From Catajapyx aquilonaris (Eukaryota), in contig JYFJ02000602.1 of the NCBI GenBank assembly GCA_000934665.2, positions 62,001-119,323 on the forward strand: a DNA stretch of 57,323 nt. The letters are read 5' to 3'. A model generated the notes under the pieces. That model saw only the letters and a list, made by a program, of their open reading frames with translations, did no database searches and was not told the origin of the DNA. Positions 24,801 through 33,900 of this stretch are shown here, piece by piece. Position 1 is the first letter of the stretch. Each line of letters starts with the position of its first letter. A program made the translations under genes and the position numbers.

Positions 24801-26248
24801 ATTTATTCTTCGGAAGGTTTTGGAATTGGGTTGTCTTACACAATTTTGTATCCTCCCTTCAATGTTGGGCTGGAAAATAAGAGGAGTATTGTGTTGGGAA
24901 GTGCCCTGGGGAGATTTTTCCCCAACTTTGTACCGATGCTCCAGGGGGCGTGTCTTAAAGAAGAGCGAAACTTTTCAATTTACCAGTTTTCTTTCGACGT
25001 GAATGCGGCGCAGTTTTTGCAAAAATAAAAATATGTGCTAACTAAGCTGAAATCATATCCCCGGATATGCCTGTGAGGAGAGTGTCACAAGTGACGTCAG
25101 GAATTAATATTGCATAGAGTAAAATGTGTCTTGAGAGTCCCATCCCGCTGGGGTGAAGGCAAAGGATGAATATATTAACCTGCCGTTAGGTATTTTGCTT
25201 GCGGAAAGTTTTGCTGGGAGAATTTTGCAATTCATCGTTGTTTGGCGCCAAATCCTATTATGTAGAAAAGGGGAGGGGAGGGGGGGGGGTATTTAGAAGC
25301 GAACAAAAGAACCACAAAGACTGATTCATTAGCAAGTTTACGAAGCGGTGTTCATTTCTGAACGTGGGATTATGAGGCGCAGGCATTAGCAAAAGTGGGG
25401 CCTTCAACTAGGGGAATCAGGATTAAATCTTCTTTTAGCACGCCTGAATTTTGGATGCATTTTGCAAGCAGGTTTAATGCAAAGTGTACTGATTCAATAA
25501 TGGATATGTAATGGCGGAAACAACTTCTTGTTACATCTGCATGAAGTGTGTGGCAACTTTAACATATCTGCATAGAAATCTGCATTTTATCATGTGCATA
25601 GTCGAATCCTGTACAGTGCAGAGTTCATTTACCTATCATTACACCTCCCGGCAATAGCTTTACAGTAGCTCTTATTGCATATTCTGACTATACCATTTCG
25701 CAAGGGATATGACCTGTGTAGGCTACATGTGGGTAGAAACTCCTGTAGAAATCCCCTTTGTTATTCACAATGTGTTTCAGGTTCAGAATTCGGCACCGAC
25801 CATCGACAACATGGCCAACAGCCGAGAGCGGAATCTGAGCGGATCCGGAGCGACGGGCAACGGTTCTTCGTCGTCTTCAGGCGGTGGCACCCTGGGAGCT
25901 TCATCGGGCAGCGGCACCTTGCGGGAGCGTCCCCGACTCAACTTCCTGGCCAAGCGGCCCAGCTGGGACTCCCTGCCGCCACCTCCACCAAGCCTGGGAC
26001 GAAGCCCGACCTCCCCAGGCCCGCTGACGGCGGACATGAAGCCCAAGAGCATCCTGAAGAAGTCAGTGTCTAGCCTGGACCAAGGCAGCCTCGGGTACGT
26101 GCGCGGTGGTGTCGTTGTCTCCTCCTGTTCAGGACCCCCTTCCCCTGCCCGGTCGTCCTCCCAGATGGAGTACTCCACCAGGCGACCCATATTTGTCACT
26201 AGCATCAGCTACGACCCATCAATGGCCAACGGAAAGACCTCCGTCTGA
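9695..26248 (+). CDS. PLCL: Inactive phospholipase C-like protein (PLCL/PRIP family), 18 coding exons, 5'-partial (~1088 aa visible)
   Basis: Exons 9695-9844, 10270-10476, 10679-10848, 12673-12785, 14869-14932, 16029-16122, 17416-17619, 20031-20148, 21173-21344, 21462-21645, 21757-21936, 22244-22428, 22519-22627, 22687-22863, 22952-23049, 23113-23196, 23698-24189, 25781-26248 join in frame across GT-AG introns. Motifs: PH ([15 protein letters not shown]...LRWTP), X box ([22 protein letters not shown]), Y box (RVFP...[24 protein letters not shown]), C2 (ISGQHLP...DPYV) and the PLCL-type C-terminal helical region (LDELFK...ELRAECGL...VRQCL). The first visible exon starts in phase 1. Confidence 0.93.
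9851..10255. repeat. Degenerate ~65-bp tandem repeat rich in TATCGATA filling a PLCL intron
   Basis: AATCGATATGTCGAAATATATCGAAA-like anchor near 9941, 10005, 10139, 10210. Confidence 0.85.
10270..10476 (+). CDS. PLCL: PLCL exon, PH domain C-half
   Basis: ttacag|...AAA T|gtaagg; [14 protein letters not shown]...[22 protein letters not shown]. Confidence 0.92.
10679..10848 (+). CDS. PLCL: PLCL exon, EF-hand region
   Basis: ttgcag|...GCG|gtaagt; [13 protein letters not shown]...IRQKLA. Confidence 0.88.
12673..12785 (+). CDS. PLCL: PLCL exon, EF-hand region
   Basis: ttttag|GAA TTT...ATC CG|gtaagc; [20 protein letters not shown]. Confidence 0.9.
14055..14829. repeat. ~145-bp tandem repeat, 5 copies, internally palindromic
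   Basis: Anchor CTTATTCGGCGAAC recurs near 14127, 14264, 14422, 14566, 14711. Units contain TTCGGCGAA/TTCGCCGAA-type inverted motifs. Confidence 0.9.
14869..14932 (+). CDS. PLCL: PLCL exon, EF-hand region
   Basis: ttgcag|G TTC GCC...GGG|gtaagt; [21 protein letters not shown]. Confidence 0.9.
16029..16122 (+). CDS. PLCL: PLCL exon, EF-hand region
   Basis: ctttag|ATG TCG...GAT G|gtgagt; [23 protein letters not shown]. Confidence 0.9.
16226..16673. mobile_element. MITE-like element with internal ~187-bp tandem duplication
   Basis: Imperfect terminal inverted repeats (ctttttaaaa...ttccactcaaaa / ttttgagtggaa...ttttaaaagag). Near-identical blocks start ~16320 and ~16507; many CACTC/GAGTG motifs. 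Confidence 0.6.
17416..17619 (+). CDS. PLCL: PLCL exon, X box start
   Basis: ctgtag|...AAA G|gttagt; [46 protein letters not shown]. Confidence 0.93.
19757..19964. mobile_element. Tc1/mariner-type MITE remnant (CAGTAAAACCTG TIR)
   Basis: ta|CAGTAAAACCTG at 19757, with its complement CAGGTTTTACTG at ~19789 and again at ~19954. Confidence 0.5.
20031..20148 (+). CDS. PLCL: PLCL exon, X box
   Basis: tttcag|TG GAC TGC TGG...GA|gtaagt; [35 protein letters not shown]. Confidence 0.93.
21173..21344 (+). CDS. PLCL: PLCL exon, X box end
   Basis: gtgcag|...CTG|gtaaca; [12 protein letters not shown]...[12 protein letters not shown]. Confidence 0.92.
21462..21645 (+). CDS. PLCL: PLCL exon, X-Y linker
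   Basis: cgacag|GGA AAG AAA...ACT C|gtaagt; GKKL...GEVSEEDE...LCKELSEL. Confidence 0.9.
21757..21936 (+). CDS. PLCL: PLCL exon, Y box
   Basis: catcag|...ATG G|gtgagt; [29 protein letters not shown]. Confidence 0.92.
22244..22428 (+). CDS. PLCL: PLCL exon, Y box end
   Basis: ttctag|...AAG|gtacag; [13 protein letters not shown]...[10 protein letters not shown]. Confidence 0.92.
22519..22627 (+). CDS. PLCL: PLCL exon, C2 domain
   Basis: ttgcag|GTG ATC AGT GGT CAG...ACA G|gtaccg; [24 protein letters not shown]. Confidence 0.92.
22687..22863 (+). CDS. PLCL: PLCL exon, C2 domain
   Basis: ttgcag|...ACA G|gtcagt; PVFEETFEF...[24 protein letters not shown]. Confidence 0.92.
22952..23049 (+). CDS. 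PLCL: PLCL exon, C2 domain end
   Basis: ttttag|...GGG|gtaaga; YRHIRLLS...[15 protein letters not shown]. Confidence 0.92.
23113..23196 (+). CDS. PLCL: PLCL exon
   Basis: tggcag|AAA CCT...AAG|gtgagt; [28 protein letters not shown]. Confidence 0.88.
23698..24189 (+). CDS. PLCL: PLCL exon, C-terminal helical domain
   Basis: ttctag|AGT TCT...CAG|gtatct; matches ORF 23710..24219 (ELRAECGL...[17 protein letters not shown]). Confidence 0.9.
25781..26248 (+). CDS. PLCL: PLCL last coding exon, low-complexity tail
   Basis: tttcag|GTT CAG AAT... in phase 0; GC-rich coding-like block ending GKTSV-TGA (ORF 25709..26248). Confidence 0.8.
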   Translation, partial: VQNSAPTIDNMANSRERNLSGSGATGNGSSSSSGGGTLGASSGSGTLRERPRLNFLAKRPSWDSLPPPPPSLGRSPTSPGPLTADMKPKSILKKSVSSLDQGSLGYVRGGVVVSSCSGPPSPARSSSQMEYSTRRPIFVTSISYDPSMANGKTSV

Positions 26249-27823
26249 CTCAACACGGACACACATTCCTTCTCTAGTCCTGTAGCTCATTCGTAATTCA
26301 TATGTCTTTGGGGGATATAATATACACTCTTCTTTCCAATTGAACGGACAGTTCAGTTGGACAAAGAGGGTTATGTTGTGTGTATGCAAATAATAGAGGG
26401 GTCTGGTGCCATATTTCATTTCTAAGCCGTTGCGACAGGTAGGTGTTGTTTTTGTGGGAGAGCTGGATTTGCAGGATTGGATTCTCGGTGTAACTATACG
26501 AATGTTGTTCTACCTCATGGGTTATATAGCCTCGCTGCGAGCGTATTGAATTTTTCCTCTGGTGCTGCTGAATCTGTTGTAATTCAATCCTGCAATATCG
26601 ACATTCACTGTGTGCAATTTATTCCTGGGCACGCCATGATTATGTTGTATGCAAGCATCACTATATCATGTAGAGAGAAATCCAAAATGCTTTTACTTGT
26701 CCAGAGCAAGGTGCTTGACAGAGCTATTTGATAATTTCCCTGGACCAATCGTTGTAATTTTTTTTTTTGGGGGGGGGNGGGGGGGGGAGCGAAGTGGATA
26801 AAAAGTATGTCCAGGGGGATGCAACATTCTACTGCCAATTTTTCGCGATATCCGACAAAAAAAATGATTTATTTTCTCGTCTGGTACTTAAGTGCTTCTG
26901 AAGTATCACTTTTTTGCGACTGCAATCTCGTCACCTGTTGGATGGACGTCATGTGATTTTGTTAACTTTTTGCATAGCATATTTTCAAAAAAAATATTAT
27001 TGTCTGTACATACTAGGCTTTGTCTCGTTGTTGGAGTTTGATCATTGTTTAAGATTTTATTGTACAGCTGGACTTTTTGAAGTGGGTTCCTAAAAAAAAA
27101 GGTCTCGATGAAAATCTATGCACTTTTTCCAAACTCCCCCATGTGATAATACATATGTGTCACACAAAATAATCACCCAAGTCTCATTGTGCCAAAGCAG
27201 TGTAATAACATGTGATGCATAAATAATATTGGTTTGTTCTTGTCAAGTGTGGTTCATTTTGAGAGTCAGGTGGGTATATGTATTTGGCATGTAAACATTT
27301 TGGAATGTATTATCAGCATACATTTTTTTCTCTTACTTGCCTGTTTTTTTTTTGAGAAGTTTTTATTTAACAGCATTCCTTACATTTCAGCAACGGCGAC
27401 ACCTTCCTTGAGTGACACATGGCCACACACCCTTTACCACTGCATGACCCTATGACCCTGGTGATGGTGCATGGTTCTTCAGCATGTGCGGCTTGTTCCT
27501 GAGCCATGAACATTTTTGGCACTGTATAGCAAGACACACTATACTGTACGTGTAAATAATAAGAGAAAAATATTATACTGCCCGACCTCCTCAACATGTC
27601 GAGGATGGTGCAACCAGCAGATCAGTGCTTTTACTGGTAGTGCAACCAATGAATTTACTTATATATATATATATTTTTTTTCCTCTTGATTTGGGACAGT
27701 TTATAAAGCTGGGCAGTGTCACTTCTTTGCTGCATTCTTATTTCTGTTCTTTGTGGGAGGGGTAATTTTGTTTCACGGTGGAGGACTGCTGGCCACACAC
27801 CTATCAGTTTCTTCTGTGAAGAA

Positions 27824-27829
27824 AATAAA
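27824..27829 (+). terminator. Candidate PLCL polyadenylation signal AATAAA
   Basis: First canonical + strand AATAAA I see after the 26248 stop, at the end of a T-rich UTR-like stretch. Confidence 0.45.
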
Positions 27830-28061
27830 ACGTCTAAAAACATGTTCCTATATACTTACACTATGCCTGGCCATTGCTGCTAACCAATTTTTCTTTTCAA
27901 GTTGGTTCACGCCCTTGTAATAATGTGCATGTGACGGCAAAAACAATATAAGCTAAAGACCACCCCACCTTATTTATTCCTTTGCCATCCTGAGTCATCA
28001 CGACAACATAATACATGTTTTCAGATGAAAATGTTTCTGACAGGACGTGTTGTAACATCTC

Positions 28062-28067
28062 TTTATT
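28062..28067 (-). terminator. Candidate SLC4A11 polyadenylation signal AATAAA (second at 27973-27978)
   Basis: TTTATT on the + strand at the distal end of the minus-strand UTR-like region. Confidence 0.4.
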
Positions 28068-30833
28068 GCTGTCTTGTGAGTGGAGGAGACATGGCGAGGA
28101 AGTGACATGATGGGTGACCCGAGGTCAACCCGGACTCCCCCACAAGGACGTCGAGGGAACAGAACTCCTTCGCCCCCAACTCAGAGTAAAAATGTTCTGT
28201 ACAGGTAAGAAAACAACGTAGTAAGGTATTTTGGGAGGTAGGGGCAGCGGTGCTGGTCCAGCCAGAATCTTGAAGCCTGCTCCAGATATAATCAGATGTG
28301 GACACAGCAAACGCCATTTGTGTGTGGCTGGACTGGGTGCAAGTTAAGATTCAGGTTGGACCGGATAAGAGTTGACATATCATGGGGATATGGGACAGGG
28401 GATGGGGAGGGATTGAAAAGGGGGAACGCATGTCCAGAGACTTCCTCGGACTTGTCCGCTACCAAGTACAGCTAACAATCACAGTAAAGACTCTCGTTAC
28501 AATGCTTTTCGTGCACTGTCCTGCAGTACAAAGGATGATAACAATAATTTTTTAACTTGCTTAAACACTATAAAGGAACAACTGGGGAGGAACCTGGAGG
28601 GATCATCTGGGTTTCAAGGGAATATAATGTGGTGGTTACAATAATATAGTTATATAATTTTTTGTGTGTCAAAAGGGCGCCCCCAAACAAATATCACAAA
28701 TCCAAAGTCGGTGTGGAAGAGCCTGCCTGTCTCCGTTAAACCCCCTTCAAGTAAAACCCAATATAAGTTGGCTCATCTCATGCACCGACAATATATCTTT
28801 GGTTACATTTTTAAAAACCATGTGAACATCCCCCCCACCCCCCTATGCACTGGCAATATATGCAAAAAAGTTGTGCTTTGAGAAACAGTCGTGTCAGCCT
28901 GACCATTATTAACTGGGCGGCCGATGATATATTTTGTCGCAAGTTTTGAAACTTTGCATGCAGTTTTATAGTACAAGTGTCGTGTACCTAAAATAGTGTG
29001 TGAGCCATCTGCCCATTATTTTTTTTCTTCTAGGAACGGTCATATGGGATATATCTCGCATCTTTTTTGGGGTTTATGTCTTTTCAAAAAATATAATCCC
29101 AGAGAAACATGGCAGTTGTGTGGATTTGCAACAAGCGAATCACAAATTTTCTTTTTTTATATATTATATATATTTTTTGGCGCTGTCCTCTTATTGGAGG
29201 GCTTGGAAGAAAAAAGCGTTTTGTTGCTCAAAATCCGATTAGTTTTTTTTTTTTTTTTAAACAAACACAACTGCACGGTCGTCCCTTGATGCGCAAGTCT
29301 TTTCAATCTGTATGCCCTGAGACCCTCAAACGTATCCTGTATCGCAGCAATTGGGCGCCCATTTTTTCGATTTTTTAAAATATTAATTCTTAGGGGGGAG
29401 AATTCGGTTGTATGTGGTTTTTTTGGGAAGGGTGGGGGGGACAGGGGGAACAAAAAGGAGGAGTCATTGAAGAGATCAACAAGAAGGGTCTAGTCCCAAC
29501 ACACTGCTAGAGCCCTAGACATTCCTAGAGATATTGAGCACTGCGACATTTTTTTTGTGCCTTTCATTAGGCGTCTACAACTGCTTAGGATACAACACAA
29601 AAAAGAGTTTTTTTTCATCTTTTCGGCGATAGCATGCCATTTTCTACGTCATCACAGTGGCGTAAACATGTTTGAAATCTAATCAGGCATGGTCTCTATA
29701 GCATTATTATAATTAATATTTTCTTTTTATATATACACTACATACCGAGTCGCATTCCCTGTATCGCCGTGGATGGTTTGTGAAATGGCTTTTTTTTAAA
29801 ATGTCTTGTCATACTAATTATCACTTATATCATGCTTCAAAATATTATATTCTCCTTTCGAGTGAACAGGTTATTATACTACTAGTAAGTGACCATTATT
29901 GACATCATTAATGCGACCCACATTATCTTTTTCCAAAATTATTGGACATATTGCTTTTTTTTAACGCATTTTTTTAAAACTTTGACAAGACTTTCTTCAA
30001 AAAAAATCCACGCTGATGGGATGCGAAATCACCTCGATATCCGGCTGGTCACTGCCGTTTTGTGACCTCTCAAAAAAAAAGAACATATTTGACACATCAA
30101 GAACTCAAAAAAAAAGTTCGGTCCACTGTTCATGTGCGGTCCACACATGACCCAATTCTTTTGGCACCAAAAATAAATCGTCGAGGTTTTTTTTATTTTA
30201 TTTAAATCGCCAACCTCTTCTGTGTATCTCTTGAGGAAACATCAAAAATACCTTATCGGAAAGGTCAACAAACTAGCCTCTCTTCCAAAGTTGCAACACC
30301 TCGAGGAGAAAACACTATTGGTTAAACTTGAAAATCGCGTCCTTTTTCCGCGGCAACAGGTTCTTTTCCAAAAAAAAAAAAAAAAAAAACAAAATTCTCT
30401 CTCGCTTTCATATCGCTATACATAATCGCATTGTATATACACTAAACTATTTCCACCCAAATAACGTGCGCTTCTTTCAAAGACTATGAAACGAAAAAAT
30501 AAAAATCATCCCCCCTTAAGTACCCACCACCATCATCAACAACAAAAGTCATCTAGGGTAGAAATACGCATCAAAAATAAGCTAAACACTCCCACCATTG
30601 ACAGTTTTTTTTTTCTGTTGCACATTTTTTTATGTTTTTTTCTGAAATGCTTGAAACCCTCCCGAAATATTTTTGAAACGAAAGCAACCCTCTCTGAAAC
30701 CCTCCCTCCCAGGCCCGACCCCCACTTTGAAAATATTGTGCACTTTGAGCACCAGAAATAGACACGGCCACTCCTATTTTGTGTCGGCGACTCAGCCCAC
30801 ATTATTGCTTTGGGCGGACAACTCGGATCACGG

Positions 30834-30900
30834 TTATACGTGTTCTCCGTCCAGAGCCGCCAGATACTTTTCCTCTATCAGAAGAGGGATCAAGCGGTGC
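30834..30900 (-). CDS. SLC4A11: SLC4A11 last coding exon
   Basis: ttccttccacag|G CAC CGC...[27 protein letters not shown]. Confidence 0.9.
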
Positions 30901-33900
30901 CTGTGGAAGGAAAAAAAAAAACAATTGTATCAGTAATAATCATCAACAATCAGAACTTGTTCGTTCATTAAATCAGCCCTTTGAACCAAATTGATCTATC
31001 TATATAAATAAAGCCGTTTGTGAGTCAGTCAGTCAGTCAGTCAGTCAGTCTGTCTGTCTGCCGGTCTGTCCGCCTGCCAACCGTCATTTGCCTGCCATCT
31101 GTGCTCCACCCTCAGGCCGGGAGAGGATGGAGGTTGACTACAGATGGCAGGCAAATAACGGTTGCCGTTATACAGGCGGGAGAGGTTGAAGGTGTTGGAA
31201 TAGCAGGACCACAGATGGCATTGGTGGGCGGACACACAGAAAGACAGACAGATGGGGGCAACGCCGGGTGCCGCAGCTAGTTTTGCTATAAAAATATTTG
31301 CAATGTCCTAATCTGCCGGTAGGGTATGCCACGCACTGGCCTCCTTTGTGTGGATCTATCCGCCAGTGGCATCTATCGCATAGTACTGTACTATATCGCT
31401 CAAAAACATAGACAGAGACGATTGTGCATTTGACTCAAGTGCAGCCTGCACTTGAATCAAATGCAAAATGCCCTTTGCGCGATGGGGATGTTTGACCTCG
31501 AAGTGTCAGAATTGGCATAAAAATCATCCAGTACTGGCAGTGAGTGTCGGAGGTCGGAGCAGGTGTGTGCGTGGATGATTGGCAAGACAACAATGCGAGC
31601 CAGGTAAAGTTGCACATTTTTGTACCGTTGCACTCTGACAGAAGCCCAGGTTATAGGTCCTGAATGGACTGTACTGTAGGAGTATGATTTATGGTATACG
31701 CATATCAGTCTACGTCATTACGATTTTACCACAACGTTCGCAGGGTAGTCCGGGCTCTAAGTGTTTTAACCTTGCATTTTGTGATAAGAAGGTGCCACTT
31801 GGCACATAAGTTCCCTAGGCCTATAGGATCAATTCCAGAGTTGCAGGCAACTGATCGGCTCCTTAGGTCACGAGTTATGCGGTGTTGCCAACATGGTCGG
31901 GGCGGGGGTGACCTGAGCGTTTTTAACGTCACATTTTGTGATAAGAAGGTACCGCTTGGCACATAATTATGTTCCCTCGGTCTGTAGGAGTCGTTTGAGA
32001 GATGGCGGCACTTAATCGGCTCCTTAGGTCAGGAGTTATGCGGTGTTGCCAACCTGGTCCTGGACCTAAGCGTTTATAACAATTTTTAACTTTGCATTTT
32101 TGGATTTTGGCAACCATGTTCCCCAGGCCCAGAGGATCCATTTGAGAGTTAGCGGCACTTGATCGGCCCCTTAGGTCACGATCGACTTATGCGGTTATGA
32201 TTAGGGCCAGACATGTTGGCAACACCGCATAACCCCTCACCTAAGGAGCCGATCACGTGCCGCCATCTCTCAAATTGATCCTATAGACCTAGGGAACATG
32301 TCTGCCAAGTGGCACCTTCTTATCACAAAGTGACGAGTTAAAATGCTTAGTTCCCTGATCAGGTTGGCAACACCGCATAATTCGTGACCTAAGGGGCCAA
32401 TCAGTTGCCTCCAACTCTGAAATTGCTCCTATAGGCCTAAGGAACATAATTATGTACCAAGTGGCACTTTCTTATCCCAAAATGCAAAGTTAAAAATGGT
32501 TCAAAACGCTTATGTCCCGGACCAGGTTGGCAACACCGCATAACTCCTGACCTACGGAGCCGATCAAGTGCCGCCATCTCTCAATCGACTCCTACAGACC
32601 TAGGGAACAACGTGCCAAGCGGTACCTTCTTATCACAAAATGCAACATTAAAAACGCTCAGGTCATCCCCGGCCATGTTGGCAACACCGCATAACTCGTG
32701 ACCTAAGGGGCCGATCAGTTGCCTGCAACTCTGGAATTGCACCTATAGGCCTAGAGAACATATGTGCCAAGTGGCACCTTCTTATCACAAAGTGCAATGT
32801 TAGGCCTGATTTTTGCGCTTAGAGCCCGGACTAGGGGTAGTAAGCATTGCCACAAACAACGAAACTGATACACGGATACGGTTATACCTATACGACGAGA
32901 CACATTTGCTATTGAACATTTCCTGCCCTAATTGCGGTTAAAACTGAAACAGACACCGACGTCTAGGCAAACTGAGGGTAAGTTTTGTGCAAGGCTCAAC
33001 CATGTCGTACTGTGTACCCACCTGACCGGCAACAGGAGAAGGATAATGAGCGGAAAGACCATCTTGACGTACGCCCAAGGCGCGAATCCGAAGACGCACA
33101 TCGCAAACAGCTGCATCACTTGGCAGCCCGTGAACTGATGGATCTTCCGTTGTGGTACCCTCCTGATGTAGTGGTTCGGAGGATAGGCGGCCTGGAATTT
33201 TACAGATAGTTTTTATTAATATAAATGCTGTTAACGTACGCTGCGGTGACCATACCTGCTCCATAAAAAGGAGGGTGATACGCTCGAACATTTGGTTTCC
33301 GTTGAGCGCCGTGACCGCCATGTAGAGAAATAGACCGTCGAGGACAGCAGTGGGGATGTAGGCCATGGGGTACGGTAGCAGGAAGAATGAGAAGCCAATC
33401 AGCACGTGGGACACCAGGCCCGTCACCCTCGTCTCCCGCACCTTCACGATTCTGTCAGAAACAAATGGTTGTGACATTGCTCCAGAAAGACGGCATACCA
33501 TACTCACATCTCGTAGACGTGCCCTTGCTCCACCCTCTCCTCCACGTCGGCCAGACCCCGCACGTGCAGGGGCGAGTGAGGCAAGGTTGCGTGCATCCAT
33601 GGCAGCGAGAAGCAGGACAGGAAGCCGTTGAGCAGAGCCACCACGAACAGGTCCCAGTGGTAAGCTGGACCCTTCTTCAGCCTGAAATGGGTCGTATAGT
33701 CACACAACCAAACAGCGACACACGAGAGACTCACTTGTTGCACGGGTTGTTGACCATTGCGCTGGTGATGTTCTGGTCCATGAAGAAGAGGAGGGAAAGC
33801 GAGAATCCTAGCCCCATGGCGGCGAATATGGAGGCAATAGACAGGTGGTGGAGAGAGGGAATGTGGAAGGCTGATTTGTCATCGTAGCGGAAGTGTTCCA

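Noticed and set aside
31746..32833. Regularly spaced repeats as a possible CRISPR-like array (also 14055-14829)
   Set aside because: Whole units are repeated with no unique spacers; eukaryotic intron context; no cas genes.
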